This document shows, in pieces, positions 13,146 to 25,474 of a stretch of DNA of 64,000 nt. The notes under the pieces were generated by a model. The model ran no database searches, was not told the DNA's origin, and was given only the letters and a program-made list of their open reading frames with translations. Origin of the DNA: Raja brachyura. Taxonomy: Eukaryota. The position numbers and the translations under genes were made by a program. The DNA is taken from assembly GCA_963514005.1 (NCBI GenBank), contig OY740798.1, positions 21,266,001 to 21,330,000 of the forward strand, given 5' to 3'. Positions within the stretch are counted from its first letter, which is position 1, and the number at the start of each line of letters is the position of its first letter.

Positions 13146-13964
13146 TATGGTATGATACATGGTATATATCACGCAATTTGAAATATGAGCCACCTGCAAC
13201 AAAGATAGAGATGTTTCATGAGAGTATCAAGAATGTTTATTTATCATATGCACCAGATTTGAATCACGTAACAAAAATCTTACCCGCTGTAGCTTTTACT
13301 GGCACTTTCAAAGCGACCAATAAATGCTGTACACAATAAATTATCAGTTATTCTAAGTAAACCAGACAATGATAGTGCCAAAAACAATGTACATGGAGCA
13401 TACATAGTAGTGAAAGTCCATTGTAGTTTAGTGCTCAGGTATGGTTATGATTAGGGTTGTGCAGGGCGGGTTCAAGAACGTGATGAGTGATGGGAAGACG
13501 CTGTTCTCACATTTGGAGGTATCATTTTTCAGCCTCTTGTACTTTCTCACTGACGGTAGCACCAAGAAAAGCGTGTGGCCAGGGTGTTGTGGCTCTTTCA
13601 TGACTATACATCATGTAGCTCCCTTCAATGGTGGGGAGGTACGCCCATGATGTACCCGCACCTTCCATCACTTTCTGCAGCCTTCTTCACTCCTGAGCAC
13701 TGGCATTACCGAACCAGGCTGTAGTACAACCAGTCAGTACACTTTTGAAATATACACCTAGAAAAAGAAAATAGGTGCAGGAGGAGGTGCAGGAGGAGGC
13801 CATTCGGCCCTTCAAGCCAGCACCGCACCTGTTGGGGAGCACCTGTTGATTTTTGATTAAGTATTCAGTGGCATGACGAATTTTCTCAAACATCCGAGGA
13901 AGTGCAAGTGTTGGTGAGCTTTATTTGTGGTTACATCAACATGCTGTGCTCAGAAGAGATCATC

Positions 13965-14345
13965 AGCTCTTTGGTCTGCTGGAAACTTGTTGGCCTCCCA
14001 GCAGAGCGAGATATCGTTCAGGGAATGTTGCCAACTGGCCCATTCCAGACTGTAGGAATTACCTGCTGAGGAGCACACTGAAGCTTGGTGCAGCCAAGGA
14101 CAAGGCTCTGTGGGAGAGGAGCACAGCCTAGGGTCCTTCCGGGTGGGACATTGAGTTCTAGTGGACACACCCCTCAAACAAGGGAAGGGACATCACCCAG
14201 GAGGCCACAAGAAAGGCAAGGGTGCTTGGTTTAAGGATAGTTCGTGAACACCACCGCATTTGACACTGTTTAGACGCTGCGAATGTAGGAAGAGGTTCTT
14301 GTAAATGTTTTGCATACATGTTTCATTCTGAATAAAATATATTTG
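13965..14345 (+). mobile_element. Tx1/L1-like LINE 3' end fragment
   Basis: ORF2-terminus-like text (ALWSAGNLL..CCQLAHSRL..YLLRSTLKLGAAKDKALWERST) followed by a 3' UTR with AATAAA. Confidence 0.6.
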
Positions 14346-14406
14346 GGGGAGGGGGAGAGTGCCAACCAACAAGATCCTCAGCTGCCTTGGTTTTGTTTGC
14401 TTGATT

Positions 14407-15448
14407 TAGGTATGTTACAATACCTACCTTTAGCAGCGCTGCAGTGCTGCCGCTCCCCGTGTGCGCAACTTTGGCGCCTTTCCGAGGGGGGCGTGTTTAA
14501 AATGCCGAATTTTTCTAGGCAGTCCAAATCAATTCATGTCGGGCGATTTCGTCGCTAAAGAGAAATCGCTCCGACATTTCATTCATAAAGGTATTTTTAA
14601 ACTACGCTAGATTATTTATTAACTAGTTTAAAAATCATCTTCTAAACCTCTGAATGGTGACAGCGGAACAGACCTAAGGTAGGCGATAAAAGAAGCTACA
14701 CAGTTTATTTTTACATAAAAGCTTGGTTTTTAGGAAGGCTTTAATCATATTTTCATGTTGCGAAAAGGGGACAAATAAAATGTATGAACTGGCTGTATTT
14801 TTCATACCGACTTCACTGCAAACCGCAACGTTCTAATCCACCGCATTCCACTAAAACCCACTCGCTAGTTGATTTACAGGCATTAAACACTGGCCATTAA
14901 TTTACAGGCATTAAACACTAAATTCCTTCCATTTGGCCTATAAATTCATGAAAATGAGATTTAAAAATTATGTTATATTGTGGATTATTGTGTGAATGTT
15001 ATTTGGACACTTAGGCAATTTTAAAAAAGTTTATCTTTTCTTAAGAAATAGATAGATGTTTAGACCTACTCATTGAATTTTGTAATTAGCTACAATTAGA
15101 TAACTAACTAATTATATGCTTTAATTTCAGGTCATCCAAGTAAGATTGTTTCATATTTGTTTCAGAATGCTTCAATCTGTAATAACTGAAAATTTCATTG
15201 AGTTCTCTTAATTTTTAAGAAAGTTATGGGCTTTTAACTATTCCAGATCACAGCTTTTGAGTTAAGTGAATTGAAAGGCAATGGGGTACAAGATGCTAAT
15301 TTCCGAGTATGAAAATGGTCATAACTTTGCTAATACTGAAGGTATGAAAGTGAATTAGGCGTCAAATTAAACTTCTTTTTATGCTTTATCTGATGGGATA
15401 AATTGCAGACTTGATTTTTAAAATCTCAAAATTTTGTAACATTGCTAC
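14407..15448. mobile_element. Putative non-autonomous DNA transposon (~1 kb, possibly Kolobok-like)
   Basis: Imperfect TIR (atgttacaa / ttgtaacat), ttgatt on both flanks, internal 20-bp tandem duplication atttacaggcattaaacact. Superfamily uncertain. Confidence 0.5.
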
Positions 15449-15599
15449 TTGATTAGTAATCAACGAGCTATTTACCAGAAACGGGTATTTTTCCGACGGA
15501 AAAGTTCAGCTGATTTCCGGCTAACATGAAAAGTTGCTCCAGAAATAACATTGAGAAATAAAGTCCCTGTTGAATCCGCCAGGCTGTACAACAGTGTGT

Positions 15600-16260
15600 T
15601 TGTGTTGAGTGCGAGTGTCCCGCGATCTGCAGCGGGTTTGATCACGACCGCCCCGTGATTCTCCGCCTCACTTGCCCCTCCGCTCTGCCCAGTTTGAAGA
15701 TTTGCCCCAGAACCCGGGCCCCGGGCCTGTCTGTGACCCCGGGGCCGGCGGATCCCCCCACCTGCGGGAACTCCGGGGCTTTCCAGCCGCGCCTCCGCAT
15801 CGCCGGGCTGGTCCCCAGTCTGTCAGTCAGTGGCGAGCAGAGCCGAGCAGCGAAAGGGCGAAGCGCCGTTTAAGGGCATCGCTCGGTGCACAGCCGGCGG
15901 GAAGATGAGGGGCGACGAGCTGGGACACCGGTTGCTGCTGACCATCTCGGGAATCGGCGGCTCCGTCGCCTTGATCTACTCGGTTTGCAGCCGAGATTGG
16001 TACGCGGGGAGAGGGCTGTGGTACAAGGACAGCATCACGCAGCCGGCGAACCAGCTCAGCCGAGGTAAGAGATTCCGTGGTGCCACCTTGTGCCTCTTCT
16101 GCTCTCCTCCTGCGTGAAGGAGCGCAACGTGGTCACTTGCGGAAGATAGACACAAAATGATGGAGTAACTCGGCGGGACAGGCAGCATCTCCTGAGAAAA
16201 GGAATTCCGCGTCGAGAGTCTTCTTCAGACTGAGGCCACTCGGCCCACTGTACGTCTGCC
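15600..16260 (+). promoter_or_regulatory. CpG-island-like promoter/first exon of the tetraspan gene
   Basis: Sharp GC/CpG enrichment over the AT-rich background, surrounding the ATG at 15905. Confidence 0.6.
15905..16064 (+). CDS. Uncharacterised claudin/PMP22/EMP-superfamily tetraspan protein, exon 1
   Basis: aagATGa start and CGAG|gtaaga donor. MRGDELGHRLLLTISGIGGSVALIYSVCSRDWYAGRGLWYKDSITQPANQLSR contains TM1 and a W-x4-GLW motif. Confidence 0.8.
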
Positions 16261-17007
16261 TGCCGTTTGAAAGAACCATCCTGGCAGACCCCTCCCTCCC
16301 ACCCTCTCTCTCCTAAACTGTGGGCGAAATTGCCAATTTCAATTTACAACTGAATGCCCCTAATACCTCCCCTCCTTTATACCAGTCTTCAGATGACCAA
16401 TGTGTTGTACTTTTCTTTGATTCTTAAGTATAATCCTACTGATTTTCTGATTTAGCTTTGATAATCTGCGTTTTGCAGATTCAAGCTTCTCCACACCACC
16501 CACAGTGCTATCATTTGTGCTTAATGAGCTGTTTCTACTTTGACAACTATTGCTGTAATAAAATTCTATTTTAAGTAAAATTCTGAAGCAGATATTAAGT
16601 GGATAAAGTGGCATTCACAATATTTGGAATATTTGATGTAAATATTTGGAAAACATTTAACTGCCAATTATTTTCCATTTTCCACTGGCATTGGTTGGTA
16701 GGCAATCAAACTACATTCAAACCTCTGGCCACACAAGCTGTCCGGGCATCGTGAATTGAGATGGAGCCTTCAGTCTTTCCAATGGGGTGGAACAATGACC
16801 AAATATTGCGATATTTTCACAAACTCTAAAGCCATGTTTCTCCTGATGAGAATTTATGCAGTAAACGACCAGAGAATCTGCCAGGTCTCGTATGATAATA
16901 TTGTTTTTATTAGAAGAAAAAGATCTGAAGGACAAGCAATTTTACGAATTAGAACCATGAAGTGCTGCGTGTGATTTTGCTTAGTCAATCTTGGGTTTCC
17001 TTTTCAG

Positions 17008-17184
17008 CTGTGGAAACAGAACGTGTGCTTGGAGTGATTGCGAGTATGATGGCCGTCATCGCCATCTGTCTCTGTTTGCTGTTTAGCTTTTGCTGGGATC
17101 CATACACTTACAGTGAATCCAAGATGAATCCTGGACGAATTCGCCAACCAGAAAAACTGTTACTTACAGTACTGATGCCAACTG
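17008..17184 (+). CDS. Tetraspan protein exon 2 (TM2, intracellular loop, start of TM3)
   Basis: tttccttttcag|CT acceptor, ACTG|gtaaga donor, phase 1-1. (A)VETERVLGVIASMMAVIAICLCLLFSFCWDPYTYSESKMNPGRIRQPEKLLLTVLMPT. Confidence 0.8.
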
Positions 17185-18509
17185 GTAAGAGAATCATGAT
17201 CGATTAATTATTTTAATAAAGCTGTGACTAGCCAAGCCATGTAAATAAACAAGCAGCCTGAACTGCCGAGTCCCTCCAGCTACTTGTTTTTTTGAAAATG
17301 AACAAGGTTTTTGTTTTAACTCCAAAAGGGAAAAATAGCCAATGGTTCTGGATCCTGATTACTTGTCAAAATGTCCTGCTTGAAGTGAATGTGAACACCA
17401 GATATGATGACCTGGTTTGAACAGTGTTTGAAAGCATGAAAAGATCTTGAAAGTTGGTGGATAGGGCAGAGATAGGGCAGAAGGTTGCCTAGGAATACAG
17501 TGCTACATACAGGCCAGGAATCCAGCAGTCCTTGGCAGGTCGAGCACAGGTACACAGCGAAACAGTCACCTCGTGTGTAGGTGCACGCGAACCTCCATCT
17601 CACCGGGAAGGGTTGTGGGGTACCTGGATGAAGGTGAGGGAGGAGAAAAAGGCCAGGTGTTCCATCCTCTGGGTTTGCAAGAGAATGTACCTGCAGAGGG
17701 GGCATGTTGGGTGGGAAGGAATGAGTGAAAAAAGGAGTTGCAGAGGGAGTGGTTACTATGGAGAGCGGAAAGAAATGGGGATGGGAAGATGTGACAAGTG
17801 GTGTCAAGTGGAATGTGGGAAAGTGGTGGGAATGTTTGAAATGCCACTGCTTCCGCGAGAGGTTAGCAAGAGTGCAAGGTGGTGGACGTTGACTACATGA
17901 ACTGCAGGAAAGCCTTTGACAAGGTTACACAAAGTAGGCTGGTCTGGAAGGTTAGATTGCATAGGATCCAGGGTGAGTTATCTAATTGGTTCCGTAAGTG
18001 GCTTGATGGTATAAGCAGAGGATGATAGTGCAAGGTTGTTTTTCAGACCGGGGGCTTGTGACTAGTGGTGTGCTTCAGGGATTGATGGTGGGCTCATTAT
18101 TGTTTGCCATTTGGATGAGAATGTTCAAGGGTGACAAAGAAGGCTTTTGTCATGGTGGTCGTCATTAGTGAGGATGCTTTGCGTGCAGGAGATGTGATGT
18201 TCTATTGTGAGGTCTTGGTGAGGCCATTTGTGGAGTATTGTGTTCAGTTTTATTTACCCTGGTATGGCAAAGACCTCATTTAGCTGGAATGAGTGCAAAG
18301 AAGATTTCTGAAAATGTCATAATTCAACAGACCGAGTTAAAAGGAGAGGTTGGGCAGGCCTGGAGTGTATTCTTTGGATGGTAGGGGACTGAGGGGGTGA
18401 CCTTATGGTGGTGTATAAAATCAGAGGGGCATAGATAAGGTGTCTTTTTTTTTAAACAGATTTTCCCCCTGGATAGGGGAATCAAAAATGAGAAGGCACA
18501 GGTTTGAGG

Positions 18510-19380
18510 TATAGAAACATAGAAAATAGGTGCAGGAGTAGGCCATTCGGCTCTTCGAGCCTGCACCACCATTCAATATGATGGCTGATCATCCAACTCA
18601 GTATCCCGTACCTGCCTTCTCTCCATACCCTCTGATCCCTTTAGCCACAAGGGCCACATCTAACTCCCTCTTAAATATAACCAATTAACTGGCCTCAACT
18701 ACCTTCTGTGGCAGAGAATTCCAGAGATTCACCACTCTCTGTGTGAAAAATGTTTTTCTCATCTCGGTCCTAAAAGATTTCCCCCTTATCCTTAAACTGT
18801 GACCCCTTGTCCTGGACCTGCCCAACACCGTGAACAATCTTCCTGCATCTACCCTGTCCAACCCCCTAAGAATTTTGTAAGTTTCTATAAGATCCCCCCT
18901 CAATCTTCTAAATTCTAGTGAGTACAAGCCGTGTCTATCCAGTCTTTCTTCATATGAAAGTCCTGACATCCCAGGAATCAGTCTGGTGTACCTTCTCTGT
19001 ATTCCCTCTATGGCAAGAATGTCTTTCCTCAGGTTTGGAGACCAAAACTGTACGCAATGCTCCAGGTGTGGTCCCACCAAGACCCTGTACAACTGCAGTA
19101 GAACCTCCGTGCTCCTATACTCAAATCCTTTTGCTATGAATGCTAACATACCATTCTCTTTCTTCACTGCCTGCTGCACCTGCATGCCTACTTTCAATGA
19201 CTGGTGTACCATGACACCCAGGTCTCGTTGCATCTCCCCTTTTCCTAATCGGCCACCATTCAGATAATAGTCGACTTTCCTGTTTTTGCCACCAAAGTGG
19301 ATAACCTCACATTTATCCACATTATACTGCATCTGCCATGCATTTGCCCACTCACCCAGCCTATCCAAGTCACCTTGCAG
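18510..19380 (-). mobile_element. CR1 (HER1-like) LINE 3' fragment, young
   Basis: 227-aa ORF 18685-19368 with the CR1 RT C-terminus (WQMQYNVDKC..ERDLGV..RRLRGDLIETYKI..FFTQRVVNLWNSLP) and (catagaaa)n tail. Inserted into an older plus-strand CR1 (~17900-18510 and ~19395-19650). Confidence 0.92.
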
Positions 19381-20374
19381 CCACCTTGCACCTTGCAGTA
19401 TGAGTGGAAAGTGTTAAAAGGGACCTGAGGGGCAAAATCTGCACACAGAGGGTGGTCCATATATGGAACGAGCTGCCAGAGTAAATGATTAAGACAGGTA
19501 AAATAATATTTAAAAGATATTTGGACAGGTACTTGGATAGGAAAGGTTTAGAGGGATATGGGTCAAATGGAGGCAAATGGGCAAATTAGTTTAAGTGGGC
19601 AGCTTGGCAGCATGGACGTTGGCTGAAGGGCCTGTTTCTGTGCTGTATTGCCCAGTGATCTACTAACCTTCAGAAAAATCTTTTGAAATAATATTCAAAC
19701 ATGCAGAAAATAACTGAAATTCTCTACTTGACAGGATGTATAATTAGTACATATTTGGGATTAATATACGGTGTACCTGACGTAGTCCATACTTGATTTA
19801 CAGCTGTTTAGCATGTATCAATGAAGTGCATCTTACCACCTTTTCTCCGGTCAAGACAGTGAAACAATTCTACCTTGGTTCTCTCAGCACAGCTATATTT
19901 TGATCAAACCTGTTACATTGCTGATGGAACAATCTGAAACACACTGAAATAGAATAGATTCATTTTGATATGTTTATAAAGCATAAAATGCTATCAAACT
20001 CAGCTTTTTGTATTGACCAGTGGAGAATTCCAATAAAATTTAAGTGATTGAGTGCAATGAATGGTTAATTGCACAATTACATTTGACATGATGCAACTTA
20101 CTGAGTAAGATGTATTTTGCTTTGTAGTTCTGTGTACCGACTAGCCTTCCCACCCACTTTATTTCTTTGAAGGAAATGTGAGTGAATCAACTATTTATCT
20201 AAGTGGAAGTTAAAAGGTCCCTGGAAAACATTATCACATCAACATAGATCGGACAACTGTTATGATGTAACTGTGTTTCATGAGCTATTTTTCAGTTGTC
20301 AAAATTCACTGTCAACACATAGCATCATAATTGCTTGACTGATCACAATAATATTTTGTTTCTTCTATTTTCAG

Positions 20375-20592
20375 CTCTATTGTATTTTATCTCATGGTGT
20401 TCATACACCAGTCGTTACAAGGAACAAATCAGGAGTGATATCACAAAACTTGGCTCTGCATATTGGGCGGGAATCTGTTCTTGTCTCACTTTGTTAGTTA
20501 TTTTGCCAATTATACACTTGATGAAAGAGTGCGCACTTTCAGAACCAGAGACTAATCCGCAGAGGAGCTCAAAATTTCAAGAGAACATATAG
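20375..20592 (+). CDS. Tetraspan protein exon 3 (TM3, ECL2, TM4, tail, stop)
   Basis: tctattttcag|CT acceptor. (A)LLYFISWCSYTSRYKEQIRSDITKLGSAYWAGICSCLTLLVILPIIHLMKECALSEPETNPQRSSKFQENI*. The three exons sum to 555 nt = 184 aa plus stop. Confidence 0.8.
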
Positions 20593-21795
20593 ACATTTGG
20601 ACCGAGAGAACCTAAATGAAGTTTTCACAACTTTTGGGATCCCACAGCCGAAAGAGGTGGTGTTTACATTCAGAACTATTTTAGGAAATCAAGGACTCAA
20701 ACTCTGAAAGACTCTCCTTTAGAATTCAACGAAGTGACATTATAGTAAAAATATTTTTCATTGCAATGACCTTGAAACTTACTGAACTATATTATGAACA
20801 AAAAGGCCATTGTAAGTGAAGATGTTATTATGTGGAAATGTAATTGGAAAGACAGCAATTACCAATTTTATTTGAACTTTAACAGTTAAGATGCAAAAAC
20901 ATCACCCTCCAACCACTTTCATCCCTCCCAATGTTTTTACACCATCATCCCACTTGCTAAGTGAGCTCGAACAAGTATTACCTTTGATTAAAGATTTTAT
21001 TTATTTCACCTAATTTTTTTTAGATGTATTTTTTTCTAGTGCAAGTTTCTGTTGTATTTTCTTTTCTTTGTTTTTTTAAAACTCGTATTCTGGGTTTAAT
21101 TAAACTGGGAATTCGTATTCTGGGATGGATGGATGTACTCTCTCACTCACTCACATCTTGAATTACCAAATTATAATTGTCAATTACATTAGAAAACTAT
21201 TGAATCCGGAATTCTTCTTTGAGATGATAATTTCTCAATATTTACTCCCTAATATAATACTACTATTTTGCCATGGACTTTTCTAACACATTTGTAATAA
21301 TGGAAATGATGTATGTTACAATGTGCAGTGGTTCACAATCTCATGCAACTATTTCTCATATGCTTCTATTTGAAAGCCACAATGTAACAATCCTTTGTTA
21401 CAAACAAGATGCAGTGCAGGTTGAAATAAGGCGACTAGTGGCGCATGAACTGAGAAAAACAAGAGGAAACGAAAGACTAAAAAGCCACAAGGTCTTCCTG
21501 TGCATAGGAGCAAATATACCAGAAACCAACCGTAAATTGCTTAAATGCACAAAAACAGAATTTGTATCTACATTCTTGCTGAAATTCATGTTTTCCTCTC
21601 GTGGGGTGCAAAAATGATTTGTGTTCTTCCCACCAACCCCATATAACCTCTCCCCTCTGTTCCTCGAGATTTTTAGTCAATATTGTTCATTATTAACAAT
21701 GGAATCTTGTAACAGCAGGTTCTCACCAGATTGTTCTACCAATGTGGATATCAAAGGTGAGGTAATCTCTTACCTTGTCCCAACTCCAGCTCTCG

Positions 21796-21849
21796 CATAC
21801 GCGCACGCACACACGCGCACGCGCACACACACACACACACACACACACA
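21796..21849. repeat. (CG/CA)n-(CA)n microsatellite
   Basis: Alternating purine-pyrimidine run seen directly. Confidence 0.95.
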
Positions 21850-22313
21850 ACAAAAACATTGTCAATTTTTCTCCTCTTATGCTGAAATATTATGGTAAAT
21901 TGAAGCACCATGTATTTCCTGCCTGTTTTGATTAGTGATGGGTTAAATTTGAACTATTCCTGCTTGGTATGGAGTCATTTGCTACAGGGACTAATTATTG
22001 GTGCAGGTCGTATGCAATGTAATACTGCAGGATGTAGCACTGTAAGCAAATTTAAACCACAGAGCATTTACAGACAATTGAAATAGGAAGTAGAGCAACT
22101 GAGAAGGAAACACTCAATATGATTCCAAAGGTATTTCAGTGTTTTAAGTAATTGGGGAAATGGTGTTCAGTTCAGAGAAATTTGTCAAGAAACATAGAAC
22201 CAAAGTTAAAAGAATGCTTTACATAAAACAGTGGTTTAGCACTTGATCAGGAGAGAGAGAATAAATCTAAGAAGTGCTCAGCAACAGTGAAAAAGCATGT
22301 TTAGGTTTATCAT

Positions 22314-23622
22314 GTTTAAGAATGAACTGCAGATGCTGGAAAATCGAAGGTAGACAAAAGTGCTGGAGAAACTCAGCGGATACGGCAGCATCTATGGAGT
22401 GAAATAGGCAACGTTTCGGGCCGAAACCCTTCTTCAGACTGATGTAGGGTGGGGGTTGGAGGGAAGAAGAAACGAAGAGGAGGAGCCAGAGGGCTGAGGG
22501 AGAGCTGAGAAGGGAAGTAGACAGTGAGGGCTACCTGAAATTGGAGAAGTTAATGTTCATGCCACTGGGGTATAAACTGCCCAAGCGAAATATGAGGTGG
22601 TGCTCCTCCAATTTCCAGTGGTCCTCACTCTGGTCATGGAGGAGACCCAGGACAGAAAGGTCGGATTCGGAATGGGGAGTTGAAGTGCTGAGCCACTGGG
22701 AGATCAGGCAGGTTATTGCGGACCGAGCGGAGGTGTTCGGCGAAGCGATCGCCAAGCCTACACTTGGTCTCACCGATGTAGATCAGCTGACATCTAGAGC
22801 AGCGGATGTAATAGATGAGGTTGGAGGAGGTACAGGTGAACCTCTGTCACACCTGGAACGACTGCTCGGGTCCTTGAATGGAGTCAAGGGGGGAGGTAAA
22901 GCGACAAGTGTAGCATTTCTTGCGGTTGCAAGGGAAAGTGCCTGGGGAGGGGGTGGTATGGGTGGGAAGAGACAAATTGACCAGGGTGTTACGGAGGGAG
23001 CGGTCTTTGCGGAAAGCAGACAGGGAGGAGATGGGAAGATGTGGCGAGCGGTGGGGTCACGTTGGAGGTGGCGAAAATGACAGAGGATTATTTGTTGTAT
23101 GTGACAGCTAGTAGTGGCAGATGAGGACTAAGGCAACTCTATAGATGAGACTCTCACCAGGGTTTCTTCCATACCCCGTACCACTGCTCTCTCTCCCCAT
23201 CCCCCCACTCGTAACAAGGACAGATTCCCCCTAGTCCTCCGCTCGGTCCGCAATAACCAACCTGATCTCTCGGTGGCTCAGCACTTCAACTCCCCCTCCC
23301 AATCCGAATCCGACCTCTCTGTCCTGGGCCTCCTCCATGGCCAGAGGACCACCAAAATTTGGAGGAGCAGCACCTCATATTTCGCTTAGGCAGTTTATAC
23401 CCTAGTGGCATGAACATTGACTTCTCCAATTTCAGGTAGCCCTCACTGTCTCCTCCCCTTCTCAGTTCTCCCTCAGCCCTCTGGCTCCTCCTCTTCCTTT
23501 CTTTTTCCAGCCCCCCACCCTACATCAGTCTGAAGAAGGGTTTTGGCCCGAAAAGTTGCCTATTTCCTTCGCTCCATAGATGCTGCTGCACCCGCTGAGT
23601 TTCTCCAACACTTTTGTCTACC
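22314..23622. mobile_element. Penelope-like element fragment with inverted (fold-back) ends
   Basis: GIY-YIG endonuclease C-terminus on the minus strand (YIGETK..LGDRFAEHL..HFN..LEEHHLIFRLGSLYPSGMN), repeated in inverted orientation at ~23240-23622; 14-bp TSD TTTAGGTTTATCAT (22300-13, 23623-36). Confidence 0.85.
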
Positions 23623-24546
23623 TTTAGGTTTATCATTGTTTCTTGTACCAAGGTGCAGTGAAAAACTTTTGTTTGCATGTTATCCAATCAAATCAGATAT
23701 TACTATAAATGAATACATACAAAAGTTAGAGAAAAGACAAAGATATTAGAGTGCAGAATATCGTTCTCAGCATTGTTGCGTAGGACTTCCAGAGAAAAAG
23801 TCCAATTTCCACAATGATGTAGTTTGGTGAATCAGGATTGTACCAAAGCTCATGGAAGGACTGTTTGGAAGTCCAATAAGAGAGGAGAAGAAAGTGTATG
23901 CCACCAGAGTCTGGTGATACATGCTTTCACGCTTCTGTGTCTTCTGTCCGATGGGAGTGGGAAAAAGAATGACTGGGGTGGGAAAGGTCCTTGATTATGT
24001 TGACTGCTTTCCCAAAGCAGCGTGATGTGTAGATGGAGTCAATGGTAGGGATCGGTCTGTGTGATAGACTGGGCTACATTTACAACTCTGTAATTTTTGA
24101 TGGGGTTGGGCAGAGCTGTTCCCAAACCAAACTGTGATTGTAGAAGAATCTGTAGGTTCAAAAGAATTGTTGGAGATTTGCTGAATTTCCTCAGTGTCCT
24201 GAGGAATACAGACATCGGTGTGCTTTTTTAGCTTCAGAGTGGTATTGACACGTGTACCGAGGTATGGTGAAAAGCTTTTGTTGCATGCAAAGCAGTCAGC
24301 AGAAAGACAATGCATTATTACAATCGAGCCATTCAAGTGTATAGAAGCATGATAAGCGAAAAACATTTAGTGCAAGGTAAAGTCCGATCAAGGATAGTCC
24401 GAGGATCACCAGAGGTAGATAGTAATTCAGCATTGGTTGGTCCACAACAGATATTTGGTCATGTTTTCACCTAGGAACTTGAAGCTCTCAACCATTTCCA
24501 CTTTGGCACCATTGATGCTGATTGGGGCATGTACTCCAGTGGATGC

Positions 24547-25474
24547 TAGTTCATGGGGCGGAAATCACTGTCAAAACATGGGGGGGGGACACAATTTCTT
24601 GGTGGCCACGTGCACACACACGCAAGGCTTCGGCCGTGGGCCCATGTGGACACTAACATTGGGAGCTGACCTGGTTGGTTACCGACTCCGAACTCCAGCA
24701 ACAGCAGCTTCGTTCGCCCAAATCGTGGGGCTTGAATCAGCCTGTTTGCGGGGCCTTTCATCACCCGGCGCGGCTTAAAATCGGCCAGGGGGGGGTTTCA
24801 ACATCAGGAGCCTCGATCGCTTCGACGCAGCAGGTTGATTTTAAGCTGTGCTGGGCGATGAAAGGCCCTGCGAACAGGCCGATTCAGCCCTTAGAAAGCA
24901 TCTGATACCCGCTTGAATCTTTCAGAAGATACAATGGATTACAATGTGATAAATAACACTTAAACAAATAAACCTGAAGCAAATAAAGGCAAACAGAAGA
25001 ATCAACCTTGGAGGGGGGAGAGAGAGATGGGAAAAACATACTAAATAATGTGAGTGACCGTGAATGAGGGACTTACCTGCAAGGCAGCCAGGAAACACGT
25101 TCGACCGGTGCACTTAATGACCCGACCCGTTTAAATCCGATACCCATTTAAATCTTTCCCATCCACCAATACATCCAATTAGCTCAAATGGTAATTGTAC
25201 CCGCAACAGACAGTTTTAAGAAATTCTCCGTGATTACCTTCAGTAATACTTGAAGGTCAAAACATAATTGGCGACACATCGTGTTAATACATTAATGGAG
25301 ACATTTAACAAGCGCTTAGCAGTGACACCCCCACTGTCTCGTGGAAAGCGGAGATTTTAATAGTTTTTTTCCACCTAATTTCAAAATCCGGATTACAAAA
25401 CATGGCGGGGATTTTCTCCCACCTCTCAAAACATGGGAGGGGCGTGTGCTCCCCCCCCAGAGTTTCCACCCATG
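24547..25474. mobile_element. Putative MITE/DNA-transposon remnant interrupting a Rex1-like LINE
   Basis: Imperfect TIR catggggcggaaatc / gagtttccacccatg; internal ~50-bp inverted repeat (24733-24782 / 24837-24886); LINE sequence resumes on both sides. Confidence 0.55.
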
